From NCBI GenBank assembly GCA_031459385.1, contig JAVKIP010000026.1, forward strand, positions 1 through 30,517: 30,517 nt of DNA, written 5' to 3'. Within the stretch, counting starts at the first letter, position 1, and each line of letters opens with the position of its first letter. The translations under genes and the position numbers were made by a program. Of the stretch, positions 1 through 11,028 are shown piece by piece. The notes under the pieces are model-generated. The model was not told the DNA's origin and did not search any database. It worked only from the letters and a program-made list of their open reading frames with translations. This DNA comes from Candidatus Fervidifonticultor secundus. Its GTDB lineage: Bacteria > Sysuimicrobiota > Sysuimicrobiia > Sysuimicrobiales > Humicultoraceae.

Positions 1-1
1 G

Positions 2-127
2 GGGGACAACGTGACGATGACGGTGAAGCTGATCACGCCGGTGGCGCTGGAGGAGGGGCTGCGGTTTGCGATCCGGGAAGGCGGGCGGACGGTGGGCGCC
101 GGCGTCGTCACCCGGGTGATTGAGTAG
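2..127 (+). CDS. tuf: Elongation factor Tu, C-terminal fragment (gene begins before the window)
   Basis: Frame 2 reads [41 protein letters not shown], the EF-Tu C-terminal signature; lies just upstream of rpsJ. Confidence 0.97.
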   Translation, partial: GDNVTMTVKLITPVALEEGLRFAIREGGRTVGAGVVTRVIE

Positions 128-129
128 CC

Positions 130-441
130 ATGGCGGTCGCGCAGAAGATCCGGATCAAGCTGAAGGCGTTCGACCACCGCGTGCTCGACCAGTCGGCCGA
201 GAAGATCGTCAGCGTGGTGCGCAAGTCCGGGGCGCGGGTCTCGGGCCCGGTGCCCCTGCCGACCAACCGCAACGTCTACTGCGTCATCCGCTCCCCCCAT
301 ATCGATAAGGAGTCGATGGAGCACTTCGAGATCCGGACCCATCGGCGCCTGATCGATATCCTCGAGCCCACGCAGAAGACGGTGGACGAGCTGATGCACC
401 TCGACCTGCCGGCCGGGGTGGATATCGAGATCAAGTTGTAG
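130..441 (+). CDS. rpsJ: 30S ribosomal protein S10
   Basis: [15 protein letters not shown]...GPVPLPT...HRRLIDI...[13 protein letters not shown]. Confidence 0.99.
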   Translation: MAVAQKIRIKLKAFDHRVLDQSAEKIVSVVRKSGARVSGPVPLPTNRNVYCVIRSPHIDKESMEHFEIRTHRRLIDILEPTQKTVDELMHLDLPAGVDIEIKL

Positions 442-452
442 GGGCCACAGCC

Positions 453-1067
453 ATGGCGGCCATTCTCGGGCGAAAACTGGGCATGACCCGCGTCTTCGAC
501 GACCAGGGCCAGAGCGTGCCGGTGACAGTGATCGAGGCTGGCCCGTGCGTGGTGGTGGACATGCGCTCGCCGGAGCGCGACGGCTACGCGGCGGTCCGTG
601 TGGCGTTCGAGCCCGTCTCCGAGCGACGGCTGTCCAGGCCGCAGCGAGGGGTCTTTGCCCGACGCAGGCTGCCGGCGCACCGGATCATTCGGGAACTGCC
701 GGCCCCCGAGGCCCCCCTGGAGGTGGGCCAGACCATCACGGTCGAGGCGTTCCAGCCCGGCCAGCTCGTCCACGTCAGCGGGACGAGCATCGGCCGCGGG
801 TTCGCCGGGGCGATGAAGCGGCACGGGTTCGGCGGTCAGCGCGACTCCCATGGCGTCTCCCTCATGCACCGGGCCGTGGGCTCCATCGGGTCCTCCAACG
901 TGGCGCGGGTCTTTCCCGGCAAGCGCATGCCGGGCCGGCACGGGCACGCGCGGGTGACCGTTCGGCGCCTCCGCATCGTGCGGGTGGACCCTGCGCGCAA
1001 CCTCCTGATGGTGCGCGGCGCCGTGCCGGGCACCCGGGGAGCGCTGGTGATGGTCCGGACGGCGTAG
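453..1067 (+). CDS. rplC: 50S ribosomal protein L3
   Basis: [44 protein letters not shown]...GSIG motifs; synteny. Confidence 0.98.
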   Translation: MAAILGRKLGMTRVFDDQGQSVPVTVIEAGPCVVVDMRSPERDGYAAVRVAFEPVSERRLSRPQRGVFARRRLPAHRIIRELPAPEAPLEVGQTITVEAFQPGQLVHVSGTSIGRGFAGAMKRHGFGGQRDSHGVSLMHRAVGSIGSSNVARVFPGKRMPGRHGHARVTVRRLRIVRVDPARNLLMVRGAVPGTRGALVMVRTA

Positions 1068-1077
1068 GAGGCCGGGC

Positions 1078-1707
1078 ATGGTGAGAGCGGTGGCAGTGGA
1101 CGCGACGGGGGCACGGACGGGGGAGGTAGAACTCCCTGCCGCAATCTTCGGCCTCCGACCATACCGGCCTGTGATCCACCAGGCCGTAGTGATCGAGCAC
1201 GGCAATGCCCGGCGGGGCACGCACGCCACGAAAACCCGCGGCCAGGTGCGGGGCGGTGGCCGCAAGCCGTGGCGGCAGAAGGGCACGGGGCGGGCGCGGC
1301 ACGGGAGCCGACGTTCGCCGCTGTGGAAGGGCGGGGGGATCGTCTTCGGCCCGCGACCCCGCGACTACCGCCGCAAGCTCAACCGGCGGGAGCGGACTCT
1401 GGCGCTGCGCGCTGCGCTATCGGCCCAGGCCCAGGCCGGCCGCATCACGGTGCTCCACACGCCGCCGGAGGCGGCCCGGCCGCGGACGGCCCTGGCCGCG
1501 CGGCTCCTGGAGAGCGTGGGGGCTGCGGGGGGCGCCGTGGTGATCACCGGCGCGGCTGACGGGCAGCTCGCGCGCGCGGCGGCCAACCTGCGCGGCGTGC
1601 GGGTGGTGCCGGCCCGGCGGCTCCTGGTCCGCGCGCTGCTGGCGCCGAAGCCGATCGTGATCACGCAGGCGGCGCTGGCGGAGCTTGAGGAGGTGCTGGC
1701 ATCGTGA
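1078..1707 (+). CDS. rplD: 50S ribosomal protein L4
   Basis: [33 protein letters not shown]...[13 protein letters not shown]. Confidence 0.98.
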   Translation: MVRAVAVDATGARTGEVELPAAIFGLRPYRPVIHQAVVIEHGNARRGTHATKTRGQVRGGGRKPWRQKGTGRARHGSRRSPLWKGGGIVFGPRPRDYRRKLNRRERTLALRAALSAQAQAGRITVLHTPPEAARPRTALAARLLESVGAAGGAVVITGAADGQLARAAANLRGVRVVPARRLLVRALLAPKPIVITQAALAELEEVLAS

Positions 1708-1988
1708 ACCCGCGGGAGATCGTCCGGCGGCCGATCATGACCGAGAAGAGCCTGCGGGGCAGCGAGGCCGGCAAGTACACGTTCGAGGTGGCGCCGGGTG
1801 CCACCAAGATCGCCGTGCGCCAGGCCGTGGAGGCCCTGTTCGCGGTCAAGGTGCGCAAGGTCAACATCATGAACCTCCGGGGGCGCGCACGGCGGCGCGG
1901 GCGCTACGTCTATACCACCGCGGGCTTGCGGAAGGCGATCGTGACGCTGGCCCCCGGGGCCAAGATCGACCTCGAGAGCCTGACGTAG
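1704..1988 (+). CDS. rplW: 50S ribosomal protein L23
   Basis: [35 protein letters not shown] overlap with the rplD stop. Confidence 0.97.
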   Translation: MNPREIVRRPIMTEKSLRGSEAGKYTFEVAPGATKIAVRQAVEALFAVKVRKVNIMNLRGRARRRGRYVYTTAGLRKAIVTLAPGAKIDLESLT

Positions 1989-2005
1989 AGCCTGGGAGGG
2001 CTGCG

Positions 2006-2830
2006 ATGGGTGTGAAGACGTTCAAACCCACGACACCGGGCCGGCGCTTCATGACGGTGTCCACGTTCGAGGAGATCACCAAGCGGACGCCGGAGCGCTC
2101 GCTGGTGCAGCCACTCAAGAAGGCGGCGGGCCGGAACAGCCAGGGCAAGGTCACCGTCCGTCATCGCGGGGGCGGGCACAAGCGCCGGTACCGCGTGGTG
2201 GACTTCAAGCGTGACAAAGACGGCATCGTCGGCCGGGTGGCTGCCATCGAGTACGACCCGAACCGGTCGGCGCGGCTGGCGCTGGTGCACTACGCTGACG
2301 GCGAGAAGCGGTACATCCTGGCGCCTGTGGGGCTGAAGGTGGGCGATGTGGTTACCTCCGGCCCCGATGCCGATATCCGGCCGGGCAACGCGCTGCCCCT
2401 GCGGGCTATCCCCGTGGGGACGATCGTGCACAACGTGGAACTGCAGCCCAAGCGGGGCGGGCAGATCGTGCGCGCGGCCGGTGCCGGGGCGCAGATCATG
2501 GCCAAAGAGGGCGAGTATGTGCACCTGCGGTTGCCGTCGGGAGAGGTCCGGCTCGTGCACCTGGACTGCCGCGCGACGGTGGGCCAGGTCGGCAACGTCG
2601 AGCACGAAGCCACGAAGCTCGGCAAGGCCGGGCGCAAGCGATGGCTGGGCTGGCGCCCCACGGTGCGCGGGGTGGCTATGGACCCGGCCAGCCATCCCCA
2701 CGGCGGCGGCGAAGGGCGCTCGCCGATCGGGATGCCGGGGCCGGTGAGCCCCTGGGGCAAGCCGACGTTGGGCGCCAAGACCCGCAAGCGGAAGCCGAGC
2801 GACGCCCTGATCGTGAAACGCCGCAGCTAG
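2006..2830 (+). CDS. rplB: 50S ribosomal protein L2
   Basis: [49 protein letters not shown] upstream of ATG 2006. Confidence 0.98.
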   Translation: MGVKTFKPTTPGRRFMTVSTFEEITKRTPERSLVQPLKKAAGRNSQGKVTVRHRGGGHKRRYRVVDFKRDKDGIVGRVAAIEYDPNRSARLALVHYADGEKRYILAPVGLKVGDVVTSGPDADIRPGNALPLRAIPVGTIVHNVELQPKRGGQIVRAAGAGAQIMAKEGEYVHLRLPSGEVRLVHLDCRATVGQVGNVEHEATKLGKAGRKRWLGWRPTVRGVAMDPASHPHGGGEGRSPIGMPGPVSPWGKPTLGAKTRKRKPSDALIVKRRS

Positions 2831-2861
2831 GGCCGGGGCGCGAGGAGGCGCGGGGGACGGT

Positions 2862-3146
2862 ATGGCGCGGTCACGGAAGAAAGGTCCGTTTGTCGACGAG
2901 CATCTGCTCAAAAAGGTGCGGGAACTGAACCGGGCCCGCGAGCGCCGGGTGATCAGGACGTGGTCCCGGCGGTCGACGGTGCTACCGGAGTTCGTCGGGC
3001 ATACCATTGCCGTGTACGACGGCCGCAAGCACGTGCCGATCTACATCACCGAGCAGATGGTCGGCCACAAGCTGGGCGAGTTCGCGCCGACGCGGACGTT
3101 CCGCGGGCACGGCGCCCACACCGAGCGCTCGACGTCGTTGAAGTAG
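2862..3146 (+). CDS. rpsS: 30S ribosomal protein S19
   Basis: [35 protein letters not shown]. Confidence 0.99.
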   Translation: MARSRKKGPFVDEHLLKKVRELNRARERRVIRTWSRRSTVLPEFVGHTIAVYDGRKHVPIYITEQMVGHKLGEFAPTRTFRGHGAHTERSTSLK

Positions 3147-3163
3147 GCGCGGGAGGAGCACGT

Positions 3164-3505
3164 ATGGAGGTGAAGGCAACCGCCCGGTTCGTCCGGGCCT
3201 CACCCCGGAAGGTGCGCCGGGTCCTGGAGGGGCTGCGGGGGCTGCCGGTGCACGAGGCGCAGGCCCGGTTGCGCGCCGTCCCGGGGAGCGTTCCCCGCAC
3301 GGTGGCCAAGGTGCTGAAGTCGGCGGTGGCCAACGCCGAGAACAACTACGAACTCGATCCCGACGACCTGGTGGTGGCGCGGGCGTACGCGGACCGCGGG
3401 CCGGTCATGAAGCGGCTCGTGCCGCGGGCACGCGGGCGGGCGGATATCGCGGCCCGCCCTATGAGCCATATCACCATCGTGGTCGGCGAGCGGGCGACCC
3501 GCTGA
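3164..3505 (+). CDS. rplV: 50S ribosomal protein L22
   Basis: SPRKVRRV, KVLKSAVANAENN, PRARGRA, SHITIVV; SD GGAGG before ATG 3164. Confidence 0.97.
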   Translation: MEVKATARFVRASPRKVRRVLEGLRGLPVHEAQARLRAVPGSVPRTVAKVLKSAVANAENNYELDPDDLVVARAYADRGPVMKRLVPRARGRADIAARPMSHITIVVGERATR

Positions 3506-3520
3506 GGCGGAGGGGATAAC

Positions 3521-4309
3521 GTGGGCCAGAAGGTCAATCCCATCGGACTGCGCGTTGGGATCATCCGCGACTGGGAGTCCCGCTGGTACGCCAAGGACAT
3601 GGCCGCGCTGATCGCAGAAGACCAGCAGATCCGCACCCTGATCAAGCGGAAGCTGCACCGCGCGGGGATCTCGCGGGTCGAGATCGAGCGCGCTGCCAAC
3701 CGCGTGCGGGTGATCATCCACTCGGCCCGGCCCGGGATCATCATCGGACGCGGTGGAACGGGCATCGACGCCTTGAAGAAGGAGCTCGAAGCCGCCACGG
3801 GCCGCCAGATCCTGCTGTCGGTGAACGAGGTCCGCCGGCCCGAGCTCGAGGCCCAGCTGGTGGCCGAGAACGTCGCCCAGCAGCTCGAGCGACGTATCGC
3901 GTACCGGCGCGCGATGAAGCAAGCCGTGCAGCGCAGCCTGCGGGCCGGCGCCAAGGGCATCCGCATCGCCTGCAGTGGGCGGCTGGCCGGCGCGGAGATC
4001 GCGCGGTACGAGTGGTACCGCGAGGGGCGCGTGCCGCTCCATACGCTGCGGGCCGACATCGACTTCGGCGTGGCAGAGGCCCTCACGACCTACGGGCGCA
4101 TCGGCGTCAAGGTGTGGATCTACCGCGGCGATGTGCTACCCGAGGCCCGGCGCGAACCTGAACTGCGGCGCGCGCCGCGGGCAGAGGCTGCCAGCAGCCC
4201 TGCGCCGGTCAGCGGGGCGGGCGTGCCGGTCGTCATTCCCACGCGGACGCCGTCGGTCACGGTCAGGAGGCAGGGCACCGATGTTGATGCCCAAGCGCAC
4301 CAAGTATAG
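3521..4309 (+). CDS. rpsC: 30S ribosomal protein S3 with a C-terminal extension
   Basis: [62 protein letters not shown] start. Confidence 0.97.
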   Translation: MGQKVNPIGLRVGIIRDWESRWYAKDMAALIAEDQQIRTLIKRKLHRAGISRVEIERAANRVRVIIHSARPGIIIGRGGTGIDALKKELEAATGRQILLSVNEVRRPELEAQLVAENVAQQLERRIAYRRAMKQAVQRSLRAGAKGIRIACSGRLAGAEIARYEWYREGRVPLHTLRADIDFGVAEALTTYGRIGVKVWIYRGDVLPEARREPELRRAPRAEAASSPAPVSGAGVPVVIPTRTPSVTVRRQGTDVDAQAHQV

Positions 4310-4694
4310 GAAAGCCCACCGCGGCACCATGGCCGGCAAAGCCTACGCCGGCGCGTCGGTGGTCTTCGGCGAGTACGGCCTGCAGGCGCTGGCGCCCGGG
4401 TGGGTGACGAGCGCGCAGCTGGAGGCGGCCCGGCGCGTCATCACCCGGTACATCCGGCGCGGTGGCAAGCTGTGGATTCGCGTCTTCCCGGACAAGCCCG
4501 TCACCAAGAAGCCGGCCGAGACCCGCATGGGCGGCGGCAAGGGCAATCCCGAGGTGTGGGTCACAGTGGTGCGCCCGGGTCGGATACTGTTCGAACTGGC
4601 CGGGGTCCCCGAGGACCAGGCCCGGGAGGCCATGACGCTGGCCGCACACAAGCTGCCGATCGACACCAAGTTCGTGCGGCGGGTGGAGGTCTGA
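4281..4694 (+). CDS. rplP: 50S ribosomal protein L16
   Basis: [45 protein letters not shown] at 4265-4270. Confidence 0.98.
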   Translation: MLMPKRTKYRKAHRGTMAGKAYAGASVVFGEYGLQALAPGWVTSAQLEAARRVITRYIRRGGKLWIRVFPDKPVTKKPAETRMGGGKGNPEVWVTVVRPGRILFELAGVPEDQAREAMTLAAHKLPIDTKFVRRVEV

Positions 4695-4697
4695 GGC

Positions 4698-4886
4698 ATG
4701 AAGGCGCGAGCGCTGCGGGATCTCTCGGCTGTCGAACTCCAGAAGAAGCTCGACGAGGTCGAGCGGGAACTCTTCGCGCTGCGCATCAAGATCTCGCAGC
4801 AGCGGAACACGGGGCGGATCCGTGAGTTGCGTCGGGAACGGGCGCGGCTCAAGACCGTCCTGCACGAACTGGGCGCGCGAGCGTAA
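4698..4886 (+). CDS. rpmC: 50S ribosomal protein L29
   Basis: [29 protein letters not shown]; synteny. Confidence 0.96.
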   Translation: MKARALRDLSAVELQKKLDEVERELFALRIKISQQRNTGRIRELRRERARLKTVLHELGARA

Positions 4887-4916
4887 CGACGGCGCCGATT
4901 CGGACGGAGGCGACGT

Positions 4917-5177
4917 ATGATGGAACGCGGCACGCGCAAGACGCACGTGGGCGTGGTGACCAGCGACAAGATGCAGAAAACCGTGGTGGTGGAGCTGGAC
5001 ACGGTCACGCGTCACCCGCTCTACAAGAAGACGATCCGCCGGACCAAGACGGTGAAGGCGCACGACGAGAGCCAGCAGGCCCGGGTTGGCGACCTGGTGC
5101 GGATCATGGAGACCCGGCCGCTGTCGCGGGAGAAGCGCTGGCGCGTCGTTGAGGTCGTCCGGCGCGCGCATGCGTAG
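4917..5177 (+). CDS. rpsQ: 30S ribosomal protein S17
   Basis: [36 protein letters not shown]. Confidence 0.98.
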   Translation: MMERGTRKTHVGVVTSDKMQKTVVVELDTVTRHPLYKKTIRRTKTVKAHDESQQARVGDLVRIMETRPLSREKRWRVVEVVRRAHA

Positions 5178-5189
5178 GAGGGAAACGTC

Positions 5190-5558
5190 ATGATCCAGCA
5201 GCAGACCCGCCTGAAGGTGGCGGACAACACCGGCGCCCGGGAGCTGCTGTGCATTCGGGTCATCGGCGGCTCGCACCGGCGGTACGGCACCGTCGGCGAC
5301 GTCATCGTTGCGTCGGTGAAGCAGGCCATTCCCAACAGTCCGATCAAGAAGGGCGAGGTCGTGCGGGCGGTGATCGTGCGCACGCGCAAGGAACTGCGGC
5401 GGCCCGACGGGTCGTACATCCGGTTCGACGACAACGCCGCCGTGCTGTTGTCCGACGCGCAGAATCCGCGCGGGACGCGGATCTTCGGGCCGGTGGCGCG
5501 CGAACTCCGCGAAAAACAGTTCATGAAGATCATCTCGCTGGCCCCCGAGGTCCTATAG
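5190..5558 (+). CDS. rplN: 50S ribosomal protein L14
   Basis: [48 protein letters not shown]. Confidence 0.99.
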   Translation: MIQQQTRLKVADNTGARELLCIRVIGGSHRRYGTVGDVIVASVKQAIPNSPIKKGEVVRAVIVRTRKELRRPDGSYIRFDDNAAVLLSDAQNPRGTRIFGPVARELREKQFMKIISLAPEVL

Positions 5559-5577
5559 GGGCCGGGAGGAACGAGCG

Positions 5578-5910
5578 ATGGCCGTGCAGACGCGCCTGCA
5601 CGTTCGCAAGGGCGATATGGTGGAGGTTCTGGGCGGGAAGTACCGGGGGAAGCGTGGCAAGGTCCTTCGGGTCCTGACCGACCGGGCGGCCGCTGTCGTG
5701 GAAGGCGTGAACGTGATCAAGCGACACGTGAAGCCCAACCGGAAGGTGCCCCAGGGGGGCATCGTCGAGAAGGAAGCCCCGCTGCCCGTGGCACGCCTGA
5801 TGGTGGTGTGCGCTCGCTGCGGGGAGGCGAGCCGCATGGGCCGCCGCGTGCTGGGTGATGGCACGAGGGCCCGCTACTGCAAGCGCTGCGGGGAGCAACT
5901 GGACAAGTAG
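5578..5910 (+). CDS. rplX: 50S ribosomal protein L24 (CxxC...CxxC variant)
   Basis: [22 protein letters not shown] motif, [14 protein letters not shown]. Confidence 0.97.
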   Translation: MAVQTRLHVRKGDMVEVLGGKYRGKRGKVLRVLTDRAAAVVEGVNVIKRHVKPNRKVPQGGIVEKEAPLPVARLMVVCARCGEASRMGRRVLGDGTRARYCKRCGEQLDK

Positions 5911-5928
5911 GCCAGAGCGAGGAGACCG

Positions 5929-6504
5929 ATGGGGGCGAGACTCAAGGAGCGGTACCGGACCGAGGTGATCCCGCGCCTGTGCCAGCGGTTCCAGTACCGG
6001 AACGTCATGCAGGTGCCGAAGGTCGAGAAGGTCGTGATCAACATGCGGGTCGGCGCGGCCGTGCAGGATCCCCGGCAGATCGACAAGGCCGTCGAGGAGC
6101 TGACGGCGATCGCCGGCCAGCGTCCTGTCGTCACCCGGGCGCGCCGGTCCATCGCCGCATTCAAGCTGCGGCAGGGCATGCCCATCGGGGTGAAGGTGAC
6201 GCTTCGGGGTGACCGCATGTACGAGTTTCTCGACAAGCTGTTCTCGATAGCGCTGCCCCGGATCAAAGACTTCAAGGGCGTCTCCGAGCGCGCCTTCGAC
6301 GGGCGGGGGAACCTGAACCTGGGCGTCAAGGAACAATTGATCTTCCCCGAAATCGACTACGACAAGGTCGACAAGGTCCGGGGGATGGACATCACCGTCG
6401 TGACCACGGCTCGCACCGACGAGGAGGCACGGGAACTGTTGCGCTTCCTGGGGCTGCCGCTCCGCGAGGCGGGGATCGGTCCGAACGGGGAGAAGGGAGC
6501 CTGA
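5929..6504 (+). CDS. rplE: 50S ribosomal protein L5
   Basis: [52 protein letters not shown]. Confidence 0.98.
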   Translation: MGARLKERYRTEVIPRLCQRFQYRNVMQVPKVEKVVINMRVGAAVQDPRQIDKAVEELTAIAGQRPVVTRARRSIAAFKLRQGMPIGVKVTLRGDRMYEFLDKLFSIALPRIKDFKGVSERAFDGRGNLNLGVKEQLIFPEIDYDKVDKVRGMDITVVTTARTDEEARELLRFLGLPLREAGIGPNGEKGA

Positions 6505-6505
6505 G

Positions 6506-6691
6506 GTGCCGAAGAAGTCGATGCTCGAGAAGTGGAGGCGCACGCCCAAGTTTGCCGTACGCAAATACACGCGCTGCCTGCGCTGCGGGCGTCCCCGCGC
6601 CGTCTTCCGCCGGTTCGGGTTGTGCCGCATCTGCCTCCGGCACTTGGCGTACCGGGGCGAGATCCCCGGCATGGTGAAGGCGAGCTGGTAG
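6506..6691 (+). CDS. rpsZ: 30S ribosomal protein S14 type Z (61 aa, Zn-binding)
   Basis: RCLRCGRPR...FGLCRICLR...[11 protein letters not shown]. Confidence 0.97.
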   Translation: MPKKSMLEKWRRTPKFAVRKYTRCLRCGRPRAVFRRFGLCRICLRHLAYRGEIPGMVKASW

Positions 6692-6702
6692 GAGGGCATT
6701 CC

Positions 6703-7107
6703 GTGGGTGGTGTGGTGACCGATACCATTGCAGACATGCTGACCCGGCTGCGGAATGCCAACGCGGCGCGGCACGATCACGTGGTGGTGCCGTCGAGCCG
6801 GCTCAAGGTCGAGATCGCGCGCATTCTCAAGGCCGAGGGCTTCATTGCCGACTTCCAGGTGATCGACCGCGCGCCGCAGCCTCAGTTGCGGCTGCAGCTG
6901 CGGTACGGACCGCGACGCGAGCAGGTGCTGACGGGCGTGCGGCGAGTCAGCCGGCCCGGCCTCCGGGTCTATGCCAGGCGGGCGCAGGTCCCGTCCGTGC
7001 GCCGGGGCCTGGGGATTGCTATCCTGTCTACCTCGCAGGGCGTAATGACCGACCGCGAGGCGCGCCGGCGCGGCGTCGGCGGCGAGGTCATCTGCTATGT
7101 GTGGTAG
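6703..7107 (+). CDS. rpsH: 30S ribosomal protein S8
   Basis: [50 protein letters not shown] 6703 follows GGAGG (GTG 6712 is an alternative start). Confidence 0.96.
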   Translation: MGGVVTDTIADMLTRLRNANAARHDHVVVPSSRLKVEIARILKAEGFIADFQVIDRAPQPQLRLQLRYGPRREQVLTGVRRVSRPGLRVYARRAQVPSVRRGLGIAILSTSQGVMTDREARRRGVGGEVICYVW

Positions 7108-7119
7108 GAGGCGTTGAGG

Positions 7120-7671
7120 ATGTCGCGCATCGGACGTCTGCCGATCGCGGTGCCGCCGGGCGTTACCGTGATGGTCTCCGGGCGGACCGTGGCGATCACG
7201 GGTCCCCGGGGGACTCTCACCCGCGAGATGCACCCTGACATGCGCGTGGCGGTGGCGGATCAGCAGATCACCGTGGCGCGCCCGAGCGACCAGCGGCAGC
7301 ACCGCGCCCTGCATGGACTCACCCGGGCGTTGATTGCCAACATGGTCAAGGGCGTTGTCGACGGCTATCGGATCGAACTGGAGATCGTCGGCGTGGGCTA
7401 TCGGGCGGCGAAGCAAGGTCGGGCCGTGGCGCTCCAGGTGGGGTTCTCGCACCCGGTAGAGTTCACGCCGCCCGCAGGCATCGAGATCGAGGTGCCGTCG
7501 CCCACCCGCCTGGTGGTCACCGGCACCGACAAGGAGCTGGTCGGCCAGGTCGCGGCCCGGCTGCGGGCCATCCGGCCGCCCGACGCCTACAAGGGCAAGG
7601 GGATTCGCTACGCCGGCGAGCGGCCGCGCTTGAAGCCGGGCAAGGCCGGCCGCGCCGTGGGCAAGGCGTAG
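7120..7671 (+). CDS. rplF: 50S ribosomal protein L6
   Basis: [46 protein letters not shown]. Confidence 0.98.
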   Translation: MSRIGRLPIAVPPGVTVMVSGRTVAITGPRGTLTREMHPDMRVAVADQQITVARPSDQRQHRALHGLTRALIANMVKGVVDGYRIELEIVGVGYRAAKQGRAVALQVGFSHPVEFTPPAGIEIEVPSPTRLVVTGTDKELVGQVAARLRAIRPPDAYKGKGIRYAGERPRLKPGKAGRAVGKA

Positions 7672-7699
7672 GCGACGCGCGTCAAGGAGACCACCCGTC

Positions 7700-8068
7700 A
7701 TGCTGACTCGTGTCGATCGAGAGGTGCTGCGCAGGCGCCGCCATCTGCGCATCCGGGCGCGGCTGCGAGGCACGCCCGCCCGGCCGCGGCTGTCGGTGTT
7801 CCGCAGCCTGAAGCAGATCTACGCCCAGGTCATCGATGACACCAGCGGGCGGACGCTCGTGGCCGCCTCCACGCTGGACGCCGAGGTGCGTGCGCTGGTG
7901 GCCGGCAAGAAGAAGACCGAGGCGGCGGCAGCAGTAGGCCAGGTCCTGGCGCAGCGCGCGCTGGCCCGGGGGATTCAGCGCGTGGTGTTCGATCGCGCCG
8001 GGTACAGGTTCCACGGCCGGGTAAAGGCCCTGGCGGACGGCGCCCGCGCCGCCGGCCTGCAGTTCTGA
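7700..8068 (+). CDS. rplR: 50S ribosomal protein L18
   Basis: [39 protein letters not shown]. Confidence 0.98.
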   Translation: MLTRVDREVLRRRRHLRIRARLRGTPARPRLSVFRSLKQIYAQVIDDTSGRTLVAASTLDAEVRALVAGKKKTEAAAAVGQVLAQRALARGIQRVVFDRAGYRFHGRVKALADGARAAGLQF

Positions 8069-8087
8069 GCGCGACGGGAGGCGACGC

Positions 8088-8600
8088 GTGCCGCAGCGGA
8101 TCGATCCATCGACGGTGAACCTCTCGGTTGAGAAGGCGGTCTTCATCAACCGGGTGGCCAAGGTGACCAAGGGAGCGAAGCGGTTCAACTTCAGCGCTCT
8201 GGTGGTCATCGGGGACGAAAACGGCCACGTGGGCGTGGGCCTGGGAAAGGCGGCCGAGGTGCCCGATGCCATCCGGAAGGGCGTCGAGGATGCCAAGAAG
8301 CACCTGATCCAGGTCCGCCGCCTGGGCACCACCGTGCCCCACGAGATCGTGGGTACCTTCGGGGCGTCGTCGGTGCTGCTCAAGCCGGCCGCGCCGGGCA
8401 CCGGCGTGATCGCGGCGGGCGCGGTCCGCGCGATTCTCGAAGCCGCGGGCATCAAAGACGTTCTGACGAAGGCCCTCGGTTCCACCAACCCTATCAACGT
8501 CGCCCGCGCGACACTGGATGGGCTGGAGCGCCTCCGCCTGCCGGAGGAAGTCGGCCGGTTGCGGGGCCGGCCGGTCGAGCTGGCCATGCGCCGCGGGTAG
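8088..8600 (+). CDS. rpsE: 30S ribosomal protein S5
   Basis: [53 protein letters not shown]. Confidence 0.98.
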   Translation: MPQRIDPSTVNLSVEKAVFINRVAKVTKGAKRFNFSALVVIGDENGHVGVGLGKAAEVPDAIRKGVEDAKKHLIQVRRLGTTVPHEIVGTFGASSVLLKPAAPGTGVIAAGAVRAILEAAGIKDVLTKALGSTNPINVARATLDGLERLRLPEEVGRLRGRPVELAMRRG

Positions 8601-8616
8601 GGCGCGGGCCGGAGGG

Positions 8617-9093
8617 ATGCAGCGTATGGAGATCACCACGCTGAAGCCTGCAGCGGGAGCGCGGCGGCGCCGTCGCCGGGTCGGCCGTGGGCTCGGATCG
8701 GGCCGCGGCGCCTACGCCGGACGCGGGCGCAAGGGGCAGAAGGCGCGCGCCGGCGCCGGGCCGCGGCCGGGGTTCGAGGGCGGCCAGACACCGCTGGTCA
8801 AGCGGCTGCCGTTCCGCCGCGGCGTGCGCGGGGCTGGCAGCAACATGACCGGTGGCAAGCCGAGACCGGCCGTCCAAAAGGTCCGCCTGGCCGACCTCAA
8901 CAGGTTTCCGGCAGGTGCCGTGGTGACCCCCCAGGCGCTACGGGAGGCCGGGCTCGTCGGCCGCGGGCCGGTGAAGGTCCTGGCGACCGGCCGGCTGGCC
9001 CATCCGCTGACCGTGCGGGTGCATGCGGTGTCTGCTGGCGCCCGGCAGGCGATCGAGGCCGCCGGCGGGCGGGTGGAGGTCCTGCGCGCATGA
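8617..9093 (+). CDS. rplO: 50S ribosomal protein L15
   Basis: RVGRGLGSGRG, GRGRKGQKAR, GFEGGQTPL, IEAAGG; start is ATG 8617 or 8626. Confidence 0.96.
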   Translation: MQRMEITTLKPAAGARRRRRRVGRGLGSGRGAYAGRGRKGQKARAGAGPRPGFEGGQTPLVKRLPFRRGVRGAGSNMTGGKPRPAVQKVRLADLNRFPAGAVVTPQALREAGLVGRGPVKVLATGRLAHPLTVRVHAVSAGARQAIEAAGGRVEVLRA

Positions 9094-10364
9094 TGCAGGT
9101 CCGCTCGCTATCCAACCCGCTTCGCATCCCGGACCTGCGCCGGCGGCTGCTGTTCACCGCGGTGATGCTGTCGCTGTACCGGCTCGGCGCGCACCTGCCG
9201 GTGCCCGGGGTCAACGTGGCGGCCATCGAGAGCCTGTTCCGGCAGCGCGGCAGCCTGTTCAGCTTCCTCGACCTGTTCGTCGGCGGCGCGCTCTCGAACT
9301 TCGCCATCTTCGCGCTGGGTGTCTTCCCATACATCACCGCGTCCATCATCTTCAGCCTCCTCCAGGTGGTGTTCCCGCGCCTCAAGGAGATGGCCACCGA
9401 AGAAGGGGAGGCGGGGCGCCGGCGGATCGGGATGTACACCCGATACCTCACGGTCGTGCTGGCCGTCATCCAGGGCATCGGCCAGATCTACCTCATTCAG
9501 AGCCAGGGCGCGATCCCCGAGGCCAGGCCCCTGGTGCTCGCCACCATTCTCGTCACGCTGGTGGCCGGGACGATGCTGCTGACCTGGATGGGCGAGATCA
9601 TGACCGAGTACGGCGTGGGCAATGGCGTCTCGCTGATCATCTTCGGCGGCATCGTCGCCCGGCTGCCGGCGCAGACGGCGCAGACCCTGACCCTGGTCCG
9701 GGCCGGAGAAGTGGCGTGGTACCAGTTCATCCTGGACCTCCTCGTGATCCTGGGCAGCATCGTAGCGGTCGTGCTGATCACCTCGGCGGTACGGAAGATC
9801 CCGGTGCAGTACGCCAAGCGCGTGGTGGGGCGGCGCGTGTACGGCGGCCAGTCCACGCACTTGCCGATGCGCCTGATCCAGGCCGGCGTCATTCCCATCA
9901 TCTTTGCGGTCTCGGTCCTGCAGTTTCCGGGGACGATCGCGCAGTTCTCGCGTTGGGAGTGGCTCCGAGCCAACAGCCAGAAGATCTTGCCCGGCCAGCC
10001 GCTGGGCGACCTCCTGTACTTCGTACTGATCATCGTGTTCACGTACTTCTACACCGCGGTCTCGTTCGATCCGAACGACGTGGCCAACAACATCAAGAAG
10101 TATGGCGGGTTCATCCCGGGCATCCGTCCGGGCCGGCCGACCAGCGACTACCTGTCGCGGGTGACCGAACGGCTGACCTTCGTGGGGGCCCTGGTGCTGG
10201 CGCTCATCGCGATCCTGCCTGTCTATCTCGCCCGCGGGACCGGCGTGCTCACCCTGTATCTGGCGGGTACGTCGCTTTTGATCGTGGTGGGCGTGGCGCT
10301 TGAGACGATGAAGCAGCTCGAAGCCTACGTGCTGATGCGCCACTACGAAGGCTTCATGAAGTGA
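9090..10364 (+). CDS. secY: Preprotein translocase subunit SecY
   Basis: IFALGVFPYITASII, GVGNGVSLIIF, AGVIPIIFA, GGFIPGIRPG, GTSLLIVVGVA; about 10 hydrophobic segments. Confidence 0.99.
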   Translation: MMQVRSLSNPLRIPDLRRRLLFTAVMLSLYRLGAHLPVPGVNVAAIESLFRQRGSLFSFLDLFVGGALSNFAIFALGVFPYITASIIFSLLQVVFPRLKEMATEEGEAGRRRIGMYTRYLTVVLAVIQGIGQIYLIQSQGAIPEARPLVLATILVTLVAGTMLLTWMGEIMTEYGVGNGVSLIIFGGIVARLPAQTAQTLTLVRAGEVAWYQFILDLLVILGSIVAVVLITSAVRKIPVQYAKRVVGRRVYGGQSTHLPMRLIQAGVIPIIFAVSVLQFPGTIAQFSRWEWLRANSQKILPGQPLGDLLYFVLIIVFTYFYTAVSFDPNDVANNIKKYGGFIPGIRPGRPTSDYLSRVTERLTFVGALVLALIAILPVYLARGTGVLTLYLAGTSLLIVVGVALETMKQLEAYVLMRHYEGFMK

Positions 10365-10371
10365 CGCAGCC

Positions 10372-11028
10372 ATGAACCTGATCTTCCTGGGCCCGCCGGG
10401 CGCCGGCAAAGGGACGCAGGCGCGGCTGGTGCAACAGCGCACAGGGTGGCCCCATATCGCCACGGGCGACATGCTGCGCGCTGCCATCGCCGCCGGGAGC
10501 CCGCTGGGGCAGGAGGCGTCGCGCTACGTGACCGCCGGCGACCTGGTGCCCGATGCAATCATGATCGGCCTGGTGGCCGAGCGCCTGCAGCAGCCGGATA
10601 CCGCCGCAGGATTCGTCCTGGACGGGTTTCCGCGGACGCTGGCGCAGGCCGAGGCGCTGGAGGCGGTGCTGGCCGGGCTGCGCCGCGCACTCGACCGCGT
10701 GATCTATTTTCGGGTGCGCGAGGAAACCCTGATCCGGCGGGTGTCGGGGCGGCGCGTCTGCCAGGCGGCCGGCCACGTCTACAACATCGCCTCGAGTCCC
10801 CCCCGGGTGCCGAACGTCTGCGACGTGGATGGGAGCGCTCTGTACCAGCGGGAGGACGACAAGCCGGCGACGGTCCGACGGCGGCTGCAGGTGTACCGGG
10901 AGCAGACCGAGCCCCTGCTGACGTTCTACCGGGCGCGCGGCCGGTACGCCGAATTGGTCGCCGACGACGACATCGAGACCACCTACCACCACCTGATGGG
11001 CCTGCTAGGGTTGCAGGTGCGGCCGTGA
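10372..11028 (+). CDS. adk: Adenylate kinase (long LID form)
   Basis: GPPGAGKGTQ P-loop, HIATGDMLR, LDGFPRT, QREDD. Confidence 0.98.
   Translation: MNLIFLGPPGAGKGTQARLVQQRTGWPHIATGDMLRAAIAAGSPLGQEASRYVTAGDLVPDAIMIGLVAERLQQPDTAAGFVLDGFPRTLAQAEALEAVLAGLRRALDRVIYFRVREETLIRRVSGRRVCQAAGHVYNIASSPPRVPNVCDVDGSALYQREDDKPATVRRRLQVYREQTEPLLTFYRARGRYAELVADDDIETTYHHLMGLLGLQVRP

Noticed and set aside
850..930. L3 loop [12 protein letters not shown] lacks the E. coli Gln150 and is one residue shorter (possible antibiotic-resistance change)
   Set aside because: Similar short, Gln-less loops occur in Bacillus-type L3; not distinctive
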